Assembly: GCA_030650025.1 (NCBI GenBank)
Contig: JAUSEN010000007.1
Span: 9,472-73,471 of the forward strand
DNA from: Candidatus Magasanikiibacteriota bacterium
Lineage (GTDB): Bacteria; Patescibacteriota; Patescibacteriia; Magasanikbacterales; GWA2-37-8
Length of the DNA: 64,000 bases
Direction of reading: 5' to 3'
The translations under genes and the position numbers were made by a program. Every line of letters begins with the position of its first letter. Positions within the stretch are counted from its first letter, which is position 1. Below, piece after piece: positions 55,081-64,000 of the stretch. A model generated the notes under the pieces. That model did no database searches. It had not been told where the DNA came from and was given only the letters and a program-made list of their open reading frames with translations.

Positions 55081-56088
55081 ATGTTTATTAGGAAAATTGG
55101 AATAGATCTCGGGACTAAAAATGTTTTGGTGTATGTGCCGAAAAAGGGCATTGTTTTGAATGAGCCGAGCGTGGTGGCGGTTTCCAAGGCTGACGGCAAG
55201 GTTTTGGCGGTAGGGTTAGAAGCGCGAGATATGATTGGCCGCACGCCGGACACGATTGTGGCCGAGCGGCCGCTGAAGGACGGCGTGATTGCCAGCTACA
55301 AAACTACCGAGGCGATGCTCCGGTATTTTATCAACAAAGCTTTGGGTGGGGTGCGTTTGTTTCGACCTGAAGTAATGGTGGCAGTACCGGGGGGGATTAC
55401 TTCTACCGAGCGCCGCGCGGTTATTGAAGCCACTATTTCGGCCGGCGCCAGAGCCGCTTATATTATTAAAGAGGCGATTGTGGCGGCAATCGGCGCGGAT
55501 ATTCCCATTGGCGCGGCGAGCGGATACATGATTATAGATATTGGCGGAGGGACGGCGGAAATCGCCGTAATTTCACTCGGCGGGGTGGTCTCCAGCGGCT
55601 CGGTGCGTATCGGCGGCACGAAGTTCGATCAATCAATTGTTGATTATATCCGCCATAAATATAATCTAGCGATTGGCGAGCGCACCGCCGAAGAGGTCAA
55701 AATCGCGGTCGGCTCGGCGATGTTTATGGACAAGCCCCTCCGGAGCGATGTCAAGGGCCGCGATATGGTGACCGGGCTCCCGCGCGTAGCAAACGTGAGT
55801 TCGGATGACACGACCGAGGCTTTGCAACATGATTTGGAGTTGTTAGTTACGGCTATTAAAGAAGTATTACACAAAACACCGCCCGAGCTCTCGGCCGATG
55901 TTATGGACAAAGGCATTATTCTTTCGGGCGGGTCAGCCTTGCTCCGGAATTTAGATGAACTGATCGCGCAAGCCACGGGCGTGCCGACGTATGTGGCCGA
56001 TGAGCCGCTCCTGTGCGTCGCGAAAGGCACGGGCATCGCGCTCGAGAACCTCGAGAGTTATAAGCGCAGTATTTTAGCGACGCGATAA
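55081..56088 (+). CDS. mreB: rod shape-determining protein MreB/Mbl
   Basis: GIDLGT, EPSVVA, DIGGGT, TPPEL. Confidence 0.97.
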   Translation: MFIRKIGIDLGTKNVLVYVPKKGIVLNEPSVVAVSKADGKVLAVGLEARDMIGRTPDTIVAERPLKDGVIASYKTTEAMLRYFINKALGGVRLFRPEVMVAVPGGITSTERRAVIEATISAGARAAYIIKEAIVAAIGADIPIGAASGYMIIDIGGGTAEIAVISLGGVVSSGSVRIGGTKFDQSIVDYIRHKYNLAIGERTAEEVKIAVGSAMFMDKPLRSDVKGRDMVTGLPRVANVSSDDTTEALQHDLELLVTAIKEVLHKTPPELSADVMDKGIILSGGSALLRNLDELIAQATGVPTYVADEPLLCVAKGTGIALENLESYKRSILATR

Positions 56089-56170
56089 AAGCCGCCCCCT
56101 AGGTTTGTAAAAAATTGGTATTTTTGGTACTATATTGGTAGTAAAAGACTCTTTAACAGGCGTCTATTTT

Positions 56171-57094
56171 ATGGTTATTGGCCACGCGAAAGTCTTAGCC
56201 TATTTTGACAAGGCTATAAAAAACAAGAGTTTGGCACATAGCTATGCTTTAATTGGGCGCGCGTCGCTCGGCAAGATGACGCTCGCGAGAGTTGTGGCTG
56301 GTAAAATTTTGGGAGTCGCGCCGGAAAAGTTAGCCACGCACCCCGATTTTACCGCTGTATTCCGCCTCACGGACGAGAAAACCGGCAAACTTAAGACCGA
56401 GATTTCCGTGGCGCAAGCGCGGGAGTTAAAAAATAGTTTAACGCGGCCAAGCTGGAGCGCTGAATACAGGGTGGTCATAATTAAAGAGGCGGACAAATTG
56501 AGTCTCGAAGCGGGCAACGCTCTTTTAAAATTTTTGGAAGAACCGGTGACCAAAACAGTAGTTTTTTTACTAGCCGAAGACGACGGCGATATTCTCCCCA
56601 CGGTTAAATCTCGCGTTCAAATTTTTAATTTATTTCCGGTAGCGACCGCGGAATTATCAGCGGGGTTAAAGGCCGACGGATATGCGGCGGCGGAAATAGA
56701 AAGTGTCTTGGCGTTATCTTTTGGCCGGCCAGGAGTGGCGCTGGCGCTTTTAAACGATGAGAGCGAGCGCGCGCGGGTAGTGGCCGAACATCAGCGTTTT
56801 GAGGCTTTGCGCGGCCAGCCATTTTACTCTCAAGTAAAGCGTACTGAAGATTTATTTAGTAAAACGAATGAAGAAGAGACCAGGCAAGCGGAAAAAATCG
56901 CGGATTTGTTTAATTGGTGGAGTTTGTGGTGGCAGGAAGAATTGGTAAGCAACCTGAAGCTCCCGGATAATAACGAGCCGCGCGCGGCCCAAAAAATTTT
57001 AGGAGTGTTAGACGCGTTAAGCGAGGGTCGGCGTTTTTTAGCACAGCAAGTTAACCCGCGATTGGTTTTAGAAAATGTTATTATGCAATTTTAA
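56171..57094 (+). CDS. holB: DNA polymerase III delta' subunit
   Basis: HPD, NALLK.LEEP, LPT..SR. Confidence 0.92.
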   Translation: MVIGHAKVLAYFDKAIKNKSLAHSYALIGRASLGKMTLARVVAGKILGVAPEKLATHPDFTAVFRLTDEKTGKLKTEISVAQARELKNSLTRPSWSAEYRVVIIKEADKLSLEAGNALLKFLEEPVTKTVVFLLAEDDGDILPTVKSRVQIFNLFPVATAELSAGLKADGYAAAEIESVLALSFGRPGVALALLNDESERARVVAEHQRFEALRGQPFYSQVKRTEDLFSKTNEEETRQAEKIADLFNWWSLWWQEELVSNLKLPDNNEPRAAQKILGVLDALSEGRRFLAQQVNPRLVLENVIMQF

Positions 57095-57144
57095 TTTTTT
57101 AATTATAAATTACTTAGATTTACAAATTTTTTACTGATAATTTT

Positions 57145-58230
57145 ATGAACAGATTTAGATTATATTTTTTAGGAGCGTCCCTCTTAGTGACGCTCGGCGC
57201 GGGCTGTATCCAGTTTGGCGGCAGTAAAACCGCGCTCGGGCCCTCTGGAATGTATCGCTCCAGCGATAAAGGCGAAACGTGGGCGCCGATCGTTTCCCTC
57301 CCTACGGCCGAGGGCGTTAAAAGCATGGCCGGGGTTAATGTTTTTCGGGTGTTTACGGACCCGGGTGACGCGAACGCCATGTATTTAGCCAGCCGCAATC
57401 AAGGGTTATTTTTTACTTATAACAATGGCAGTTCCTGGAGCCGGTCCGATGTTTTGGCCGGGAAGTATATCTATGCCATGGCCATTGACCCGCAAAATAA
57501 ATGCGTGATATATGTGAGCGACGAGGGCCATATTTACAAAACCAGCGACTGCACCCGGAGCTGGCGCTTAATTTATACCGAAGAGCGGCCAAGCCAGCGA
57601 CCGGTGTCCCTCGCGATTGATTACGCGGATTCCAATTTAATATACGCGGCCTTGGCGGGCGGGGATATTTTAAAAAGCGTGGATGGCGGCACTAGCTGGC
57701 GCGTCACCAAGCGGTTTGGCTTTCCGGTGCAATATTTGACCGCCGATCCTTTCGCGGCCAAACGTATTTATGTGGCCGCGGCGCAAAAAGGGCTGTTTCG
57801 TTCCGATAACGCGGGCGAGGAGTGGTATGATATGTCGGGTAATATCGCGGGGTATAGCGGCGCGCTTAATTTTTATCGCTTAATACTCCATCCTAGTAAG
57901 AAGGCGAATTTGTTTTGGATTTCTAAATACGGCATTTTGCATTCCGAGGATGGCGGCGCCACTTGGAAGGATCTCCAGTTGATTACTCCGCCGGGCGGGG
58001 TTAATATTTACGCTTTCGCGGTTAACCCCCAAAACGACAAAGAAATGTATTACACGGGCACGATTTTAAACGAAAAAGGCGTGCCGGTGCGCTCCACGTT
58101 ATACAAAACTGTGGACGGCGGGAAGACCTGGGTAACGAAGAAATTGCCTACCAATACTATTCCGGTGTACTTGTATGTTCATGTAAAAGATGGTAAGGTG
58201 ATTTTTCTTGGCTTCACCGCTTCGACTTAG
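57145..58230 (+). CDS. lipoprotein with BNR/Asp-box repeats (YCF48-like propeller)
   Basis: LGAGC lipobox; repeated SxDGGxTW. Confidence 0.88.
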   Translation: MNRFRLYFLGASLLVTLGAGCIQFGGSKTALGPSGMYRSSDKGETWAPIVSLPTAEGVKSMAGVNVFRVFTDPGDANAMYLASRNQGLFFTYNNGSSWSRSDVLAGKYIYAMAIDPQNKCVIYVSDEGHIYKTSDCTRSWRLIYTEERPSQRPVSLAIDYADSNLIYAALAGGDILKSVDGGTSWRVTKRFGFPVQYLTADPFAAKRIYVAAAQKGLFRSDNAGEEWYDMSGNIAGYSGALNFYRLILHPSKKANLFWISKYGILHSEDGGATWKDLQLITPPGGVNIYAFAVNPQNDKEMYYTGTILNEKGVPVRSTLYKTVDGGKTWVTKKLPTNTIPVYLYVHVKDGKVIFLGFTAST

Positions 58231-58287
58231 TGGTTTTAATTGTTTGTCGCTTAAGAAATATTTTTTTAAGTAAAGATAGTTGATAAT

Positions 58288-58836
58288 ATGAATTTGAATG
58301 ACTATAAAAATGAATTTGTTAAGGCAATAGATTTTTTTAAGTCTGATATTTCCAGTTTGCGCACGGGGCGGGCGACCACGGCGATTGTTGACGGCGTCCA
58401 AGTAGAAGCCTATGGCACGCGTTCGCCCCTGAAAGCGGTAGCGACAATTTCCGTGGCAGACGCGAAGACATTAAATATTGAACCGTGGGACAAAAGCCAG
58501 TTGCAAGCAATAGAGAAGGGCATTCGCGACGCGGGGTTGAATTTAAACCCGGTTAACGACGGGCGCCTAATTCGTTTGATTTTGCCGGAATTAACTAGCG
58601 AGCGCCGCCAAGAACTTACCAAAGTTTTGCATCAAAAAATGGAACAAGCCAAAATTTCGGTGCGCAAAGTAAGAGAAGAGGCGCGTGAGATGATTATGAT
58701 GGAAGAGAAAGATAAAAGCATTAGCGAAGACGAGAAGTTTAAGTTGCAGGAAGAGTTAGAAAAAATGGTAAAAAGTTATAACGAAGAGATCGAGAAAATC
58801 GGGGAGGGGAAGGAAAAAGAAATAACGACGGTGTAA
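58288..58836 (+). CDS. frr: ribosome recycling factor
   Basis: LRTGRA, V.AYG, P.LT.ERR. Confidence 0.97.
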   Translation: MNLNDYKNEFVKAIDFFKSDISSLRTGRATTAIVDGVQVEAYGTRSPLKAVATISVADAKTLNIEPWDKSQLQAIEKGIRDAGLNLNPVNDGRLIRLILPELTSERRQELTKVLHQKMEQAKISVRKVREEAREMIMMEEKDKSISEDEKFKLQEELEKMVKSYNEEIEKIGEGKEKEITTV

Positions 58837-58839
58837 AAT

Positions 58840-60222
58840 ATGTCAGCAGAAAATAAAGCCGAAAATAAAATGGACAAAATAATTTCGCTCTGCAAGCGGC
58901 GGGGGTTTATTTTTCCGGGCAGTGAAATTTATGGCGGCCTGGCTAATACTTGGGATTACGGCCCCTTAGGTATTTTATTAAAAAATAATATCCGGGATTA
59001 TTGGTGGCAGAAAATAGTGCGAGAGAATAATGATATCGTGGGCTTAGACGCGTCCATTTTGATGAATTCTAAAGTCTGGGAGGTGAGTGGCCATGTGGCT
59101 GGTTTTACCGATCCACTCGTGGATTGTAAGGCGTGTAAAAAACGCTGGCGGGCTGACCATTTGCTTGAAGCTAAGGGCCTGAAGCCGGATTTTGAACCCG
59201 ACGTAGAATTAGTTGATATTAAATGCCCCGAGTGCGGCGGGAGCTTAGGGGCCGTGCGCCAGTTTAATTTAATGTTCGAAACTAATATCGGGCCCCTGAA
59301 AGATGAAGGGAGTAAAGTATACCTGCGCCCGGAAACGGCCCAAGGAATTTTTGTAAATTTTAAAAATGTCTTAGAGAGTCAGCGCAAACGCGTGCCGTTT
59401 GGCATCGCGCAAATCGGCAAAGCGTTTCGTAACGAAATTACGCCGGGAAATTTTGTGTTTCGCACCCGCGAATTCGAGCAAATGGAAATGGAATGGTTTG
59501 TGAAGCCCGGCACTGATGAAGATTGGTTTGAAACCTGGAAAAATTTTATGTGGGAGTGGTTTAAAAATTTGGGTGTTAAAGAAAAGGATTTGCGCTTCTA
59601 CGAACATCCTAAAGAAAAATTATCACACTACTCTAAGCGCACGGTGGACTTGGAATATAATTTTCCGTGGGGTTGGGGAGAGCTCTGGGGCCTCGCGAAC
59701 CGCACGGATTTTGATTTAAAACAGCACAGCAAATTTAGCGGCCAGGAATTAAGTTATCGCGACCCGGAAACCAATGAAGTTTTTGTGCCGTTTGTAATTG
59801 AACCGGCGCTGGGTTTAACGCGCGCGCTGCTGGTACTCCTCTTGAATGCTTACGAAGAAGTAGAAACCAGAAGTGGAAACGAAGACGGCAAACACGAAAC
59901 AGAAATTGTGCTTCGCTTGCATAAAGCGATCGCGCCGATTAAAGCCGCTATTCTGCCTCTCTCGAAAAAGGAACCGCTCGCGAAATTAGCGCTGGAAATA
60001 CAGGCGAGTTTGGCGGGAAGTATGATGACACAGTACGATGAGACGGGTAGTATCGGCAAGCGCTATCGCCGCCAGGACGAAATTGGCACGCCGTATTGCG
60101 TGACAGTAGATTTTGAATCTCTCGAGGACAAGCAAGTTACCGTGCGCGACCGCGATACGATGGCGCAAGAACGAGTGGCAATCGCGGATTTAAGAAATTA
60201 CTTAATTAATAAGTTTTTATGA
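58840..60222 (+). CDS. glyS: glycine--tRNA ligase (alpha2, eukaryote/archaea-type)
   Basis: LCKRRGF, LRPETAQG, FRTREFEQME, IGKRYRRQDEIGTP. Confidence 0.97.
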   Translation: MSAENKAENKMDKIISLCKRRGFIFPGSEIYGGLANTWDYGPLGILLKNNIRDYWWQKIVRENNDIVGLDASILMNSKVWEVSGHVAGFTDPLVDCKACKKRWRADHLLEAKGLKPDFEPDVELVDIKCPECGGSLGAVRQFNLMFETNIGPLKDEGSKVYLRPETAQGIFVNFKNVLESQRKRVPFGIAQIGKAFRNEITPGNFVFRTREFEQMEMEWFVKPGTDEDWFETWKNFMWEWFKNLGVKEKDLRFYEHPKEKLSHYSKRTVDLEYNFPWGWGELWGLANRTDFDLKQHSKFSGQELSYRDPETNEVFVPFVIEPALGLTRALLVLLLNAYEEVETRSGNEDGKHETEIVLRLHKAIAPIKAAILPLSKKEPLAKLALEIQASLAGSMMTQYDETGSIGKRYRRQDEIGTPYCVTVDFESLEDKQVTVRDRDTMAQERVAIADLRNYLINKFL

Positions 60223-60536
60223 GTGAAGCCAATATTTCGGATCGCCCCGCGCCCATTGAAGGCCACGCGTTTACGCACGACTTAGAGTCCGGTCCTCATG
60301 CTGGGCTGATGAAAGCTCTCAATCATCTATGGTCAGCGACAAAAGATCATGGCGGTTTTTCTATTTCTCCTGATAAAATAGTAACTTTAGATGATTCAGC
60401 GGCAGTTTCTGGAATAACTATAAGTATTGCCAGAGCCATTGAGAATTTTTTACCCGATCTTTCAGCGGAAGAGTTAGCTGGTTTTATCAAGTATATAGCA
60501 GAATTGCATAAACATCCGTCAAGAGATCACGAATAA
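60219..60536 (+). CDS. hypothetical protein
   Basis: ATGA overlap with glyS; tightly packed between genes. Confidence 0.65.
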   Translation: MSEANISDRPAPIEGHAFTHDLESGPHAGLMKALNHLWSATKDHGGFSISPDKIVTLDDSAAVSGITISIARAIENFLPDLSAEELAGFIKYIAELHKHPSRDHE

Positions 60537-60539
60537 TGT

Positions 60540-61829
60540 ATGCATAAATTTTTTAATTTAAATAATGGCGTTACGCTTATTACGGTGCCAGTTGCCGGAA
60601 CTCGAGCCACGACGGTACTAGCCATGTTTCCGGTGGGGTCGCGTTACGAATCTAAAAAACTTTCCGGCGCTTCGCATTTTTTGGAGCACATGCTTTTTAA
60701 AGGCACGAGCAAGCGCCCGGAGGCGATTGATATTTCGCGCGAACTAGAAGCGGCGGGCGCCGAGTATAATGCTTTTACTAACAAAGACTATACCGGCTAC
60801 TATGTTAAAATCGCCGCGACTAAGCAAGAATTGGCGTTTGATACGATCGCGGACATGATTTATAACTCCAAGATCGAGCCGGCCGAAGTCGAGAAGGAAA
60901 AGGGCGCGATTGTGGAGGAATTGCGCATGTATAAAGACAACCCCACTATGGCGGTCGACATGCTGTTTGATTCGGTAATTTTTGGCGATACGCCGCTCGG
61001 GTGGGATATTGGCGGCACGCCCGATAGCGTCCGGGCCATAACGCGCGCGGAGCTTTGGGGTTATTATCAGGAGCATTACAGCCCCAAAAATATGGTGCTG
61101 TCCGTGGCTGGCAAGATTGACGCTAAATTAAAAAAATACTTAAATAATTTTTTAGCGAAGCCAGCTTTAGCCGGGGCGCATACGACGGAATATTATAAAA
61201 AGAATTTTTCTAAAATGGTTTGGCCGCGGAAAGCGCCCGCGCTGGAAAAGCGCGTGGCCGTGGAAGAGCGCAAGGCGGACCAGGCGCATTTGATTTTGGG
61301 GTTCCCGGGCCTTCCTAATACCAGCCCGGAGCGCTACGCCGTTGCTTTGCTTTTGAATATTCTAGGCGGGGGGATGAGTTCGCGTTTATTTATCGAAGTG
61401 CGCGAGAAGCGCGGACTCGCTTATATGGTGCAGGCTGGTTCTTCAACTTTTCGCGATGTTGGGGTAGCGTATGTGCAGGCGGGGCTTGACCCAGCGCGCC
61501 TTAAGGAAGCGCTCCAGGTAATAAAAGGGGAGCTCCTCCGAATAGCGGCCGAGCCAGTTACCGCCGAAGAGCTCAAAAACGCCAAAAGTTGTATTTCGGG
61601 CGCGATGGCCTTGAGTTTGGAGAATAGCCGGGTGCAGGCCGAGTGGTTTGCCAAGCAGTTTTTATTTAATGCTAAAATAGAAACTCCGGAACAAGTTATT
61701 AAGAAAATGATGGAAGTTACCACTACAGATGTTTTAAGGGTGGCAAAAAAAATATTTGTACCAGAGGCGATGCGTGTGGCTTTAATCGGCCAAATTAATA
61801 AAAATAAAGTTCTGTCTTACCTAACTTAA
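60540..61829 (+). CDS. M16 family zinc peptidase
   Basis: HFLEH inverzincin motif, NAFT, SSRLF.EVREKRGLAY. Confidence 0.95.
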   Translation: MHKFFNLNNGVTLITVPVAGTRATTVLAMFPVGSRYESKKLSGASHFLEHMLFKGTSKRPEAIDISRELEAAGAEYNAFTNKDYTGYYVKIAATKQELAFDTIADMIYNSKIEPAEVEKEKGAIVEELRMYKDNPTMAVDMLFDSVIFGDTPLGWDIGGTPDSVRAITRAELWGYYQEHYSPKNMVLSVAGKIDAKLKKYLNNFLAKPALAGAHTTEYYKKNFSKMVWPRKAPALEKRVAVEERKADQAHLILGFPGLPNTSPERYAVALLLNILGGGMSSRLFIEVREKRGLAYMVQAGSSTFRDVGVAYVQAGLDPARLKEALQVIKGELLRIAAEPVTAEELKNAKSCISGAMALSLENSRVQAEWFAKQFLFNAKIETPEQVIKKMMEVTTTDVLRVAKKIFVPEAMRVALIGQINKNKVLSYLT

Positions 61830-61833
61830 GTAA

Positions 61834-61921
61834 CGCCGCGCTTCAAAGGAATGCGAGCCGAGCTTCAAAGGACACTGCTCGGCACGATTCTGTTGAATCG
61901 GGCATGAATTCGTCAATTCAT
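61834..61921 (+). promoter_or_regulatory. start-codon-abutting structured element, copy 5 (double unit)
   Basis: GCCGAGC-TTCAAAGGACACT-GCTCGGC, CGATTC-TGTT-GAATCG, ATGAATT-CGTC-AATTCAT-ATG. Confidence 0.8.
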
Positions 61922-62704
61922 ATGAACGAGACCAAGAAATTGTATTTGTTTGCCAATTGGAAGATGTATTTGGGTTTAGAAGCCAGCTATGTTTTGGCAA
62001 AAAATATTAAAGAAGAATTGGCTAATTTAAATAACGGCATTACCATGGCCGTGTTTCCTTCGACTCTGGCTTTGGCATCGGTGGCCGCGGAGTTGAAGAG
62101 CACGACAATTAAAGTCGGCGCGCAAAATGTTTATTGGGTGCCAGAAGGCGGGTATACGGGCGAAGTTTCCGCCGAGATGTTCGCGGCCACGGGGGCAGAG
62201 TACGCGCTTATCGGCCATTCGGAAAGGCGTCATCAGTGCCATGAAACTAACCACGAAGTACGCCAGAAAATTGAGGCGGCGCTAACCGCTGGTCTTACGC
62301 CCGTGATTTGCATTGGCGAAACTGCCAGCGAACGTGAAGCCGGGTCAACAGCAGAAGTAATTGAAACGCAGTTGCGCTCGGCTCTCGGCGCACTGGCCTG
62401 GCGAGATGGCCTGCCTCTTCTCATAGCTTATGAACCAGTGTGGGCGATTAGCCGCGGCGTTAACAAGCCCGGAGGCCATTGCAGCGCGGTGGAAGCCGGG
62501 AAGATGCATGCCGTGGTTGAAAAAATTGCCCGCGAACTCACCGGCATCGCTCCGGCTGTGCTTTACGGCGGGAGTGTGCGCCCGGAAACCATTGCGGAAT
62601 ATTTGGCTACCCCTCATATCGCGGGAGTTTTGGTGGGGGCGGCGGCGACAAAATTTTCTAGTTGGTCCGAAATTACGGCGGCCGCGGTAGAGGCCTGGCG
62701 TTAG
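61922..62704 (+). CDS. tpiA: triosephosphate isomerase
   Basis: ANWKM, GHSERR, AYEPVWAI, YGGSV. Confidence 0.97.
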   Translation: MNETKKLYLFANWKMYLGLEASYVLAKNIKEELANLNNGITMAVFPSTLALASVAAELKSTTIKVGAQNVYWVPEGGYTGEVSAEMFAATGAEYALIGHSERRHQCHETNHEVRQKIEAALTAGLTPVICIGETASEREAGSTAEVIETQLRSALGALAWRDGLPLLIAYEPVWAISRGVNKPGGHCSAVEAGKMHAVVEKIARELTGIAPAVLYGGSVRPETIAEYLATPHIAGVLVGAAATKFSSWSEITAAAVEAWR

Positions 62705-62705
62705 T

Positions 62706-63608
62706 ATGCTCTTAAATATTTTATTAATTATTGTGGCTGTGGGCGTGGCGGTTATACTCGCGGTCTTAGGGCGCCATTTGCGCGAGGCGGCACAGCTTGA
62801 CGTCGATAACTTGCCGTTAGAGCAAGAATACCGCAAGAAGCAAGCCATTTTAGGGAAGCGCCTCGAGGCCGAGGGTAAAATTTTGCGCGAGCGCAGTGAG
62901 AAGTTGCTCCGGCCTCTGAAAAAGTTTTGGGATATTATTCAAACCAAATTTCGCGTTTACGTTTATAAAATAGAAAAGCTGTGGCGATACGAAAAAGTTT
63001 TGCGCAAAACCAAGGCCGCGCCCCGGGTGCCAGAGGAGCGGCAGAACAAAATCGACAGCCACCTGAAGCAAGGAGAGGAGTCTTTAGCACGCGCGACCTA
63101 TGACACGGCCGAAAGCGCGTTTATCGCCGCTATCAAGCTCGATCCTAAATGCGCGGCCGCTTACCACGGGCTCGCCAAGACATACATGGGCAGAGAATCT
63201 TGGGAGGAAGCGCGGCAAACCTTGTTATTTTTGGCTAAATTAGATCCGAGTAATGACAACGTGTTCGCGGCGCTTGGCGAAGTAGCCGAAAAATTAGGAG
63301 ATGTCGGCAAAGCTATTGAATATTACCAGGAAGCGGTAATTTTAAACGACGCGCTTTCGCCGCGTTTCTACCACTTGGCCGAGTTGCTCCTTAAAGAAAA
63401 CCAGCCCGCCGTGGCCAGAGAAGCAGTGGTATCGGCTTTAGCCTTGGAACCCAAAAATCCCAAATATCTTGACTTACTCGTAGAAACTGCTATACTGATG
63501 GGCGACCAAGACGAAGCCGAGCGTGGGTTCCAAGAGATGCGCCTGGTTAATCCGGAGAATCAAAAATTGGCGGAGTGGAAAGAGAGAATCGCGAAAATTG
63601 AGAGATAG
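62706..63608 (+). CDS. membrane-anchored TPR protein
   Basis: N-terminal TM; TPR consensus repeats. Confidence 0.88.
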   Translation: MLLNILLIIVAVGVAVILAVLGRHLREAAQLDVDNLPLEQEYRKKQAILGKRLEAEGKILRERSEKLLRPLKKFWDIIQTKFRVYVYKIEKLWRYEKVLRKTKAAPRVPEERQNKIDSHLKQGEESLARATYDTAESAFIAAIKLDPKCAAAYHGLAKTYMGRESWEEARQTLLFLAKLDPSNDNVFAALGEVAEKLGDVGKAIEYYQEAVILNDALSPRFYHLAELLLKENQPAVAREAVVSALALEPKNPKYLDLLVETAILMGDQDEAERGFQEMRLVNPENQKLAEWKERIAKIER

Positions 63609-63619
63609 TTTTTGAACAT

Positions 63620-63703
63620 GGGCAGGTTGCAGAGCGGTCAAATGCTCCAGACTGTAAATCTGGCGGCCTCCGGCCTTCGAAGGTTCGAATCCTTCCCTGC
63701 CCA
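63620..63703 (+). tRNA. tRNA-Tyr(GTA)
   Basis: GGGCAGG/CCTGCCC acceptor, CCAGA-CTGTAAA-TCTGG, long variable arm. Confidence 0.96.
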
Positions 63704-63721
63704 CTCGTCGTCAAATTTTAC

Positions 63722-63793
63722 GCCGGAGTAGCTCAGCTGGTACCATGAACCACAATGGTTCATGGCCGTGCACCCTTGTGGTGCACGGGAGCA
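63722..63793 (+). pseudogene. tRNA 5' fragment with a 46-nt double-hairpin insertion in the D-loop
   Basis: GCCGGAGTAGCTCAGCTGGTA[insert 63743-63788]GAGCA; no anticodon or T arm. Confidence 0.8.
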
Positions 63794-63803
63794 ATTTAAC
63801 AGC

Positions 63804-63876
63804 GCCATCTTAGCTCAGCTGGTAGAGCAACAGTTTTGTAAACTGTAGGTCCGGGGTTCGAATCCCCGAGATGGCT
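63804..63876 (+). tRNA. tRNA-Thr(TGT)
   Basis: GCCATCT/AGATGGC acceptor, ACAGT-TTTGTAA-ACTGT, GGTTCGAATCC. Confidence 0.96.
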
Positions 63877-63892
63877 CAAAAAATATTAAAGT

Positions 63893-63965
63893 GCCGTTGT
63901 AGCTCAGATGGTACCATGAACCACAAGGGTTCATGGCCGTGCACCCTTGTGGTGCACGGGAGCAC
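63893..63965 (+). pseudogene. second tRNA 5' fragment with the same 46-nt D-loop insertion
   Basis: GCCGTTGTAGCTCAGATGGTA[insert 63914-63959]GAGCAC. Confidence 0.8.
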
Positions 63966-63988
63966 TAAGACAAATTGTTCAAACTAAT

Positions 63989-64000
63989 GCCGTTGTAGCT
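63989..64000 (+). tRNA. start of a tRNA-like sequence (cut by window end), identical to the 5' end of the preceding fragment
   Basis: GCCGTTGTAGCT. Confidence 0.5.

Noticed and set aside
63474-63704. 76-aa minus-strand ORF
   Set aside because: Antisense to tRNA-Tyr and the TPR gene
1-64000. Alternative genetic code (TGA = Gly)
   Set aside because: Conserved genes are full-length in code 11 and several (tadB, pyrH, glyS) end properly at TGA

Overview
This is a bacterial chromosome segment in standard code 11, most consistent with a Patescibacteria (CPR, Parcubacteria/ABY1-like) genome. That placement is inferred from the archaeal-type pyrH, alpha2-type glyS, short aspS, CCA-less tRNA genes and an LxGAGC lipobox. 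Housekeeping genes cover translation (prmC, prfA, rpmE, rpsB, tsf, aspS, rpmB, rplJ, rplL, frr, glyS), glycolysis (gap, pgk, eno, two gpmI, tpiA) and cell cycle/envelope (scpAB, mreB, bactofilin, holB). Accessory features are a high-GC 2OG-Fe(II) oxygenase, a surface-protein cluster with a repeat fibre protein, and a secretin-less Tad/Flp pilus operon. A ~13 kb island after tRNA-Leu encodes a transglutaminase-like polymorphic toxin, immunity candidates and a giant surface protein, and ends in a truncated argS. The most unusual signals are non-coding. (1) A dispersed structured element occurs in five full copies, always sense-oriented and ending exactly at a start codon, with covarying loop-loop pairing. 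(2) Precise double-hairpin micro-insertions sit in tRNA D-loops, the L10 leader and a small ORF. (3) A second leader element is shared by prfA and rplJ. (4) There is a compact 6S-like RNA. All calls were made by eye; no searches were run, so novelty is unverified.
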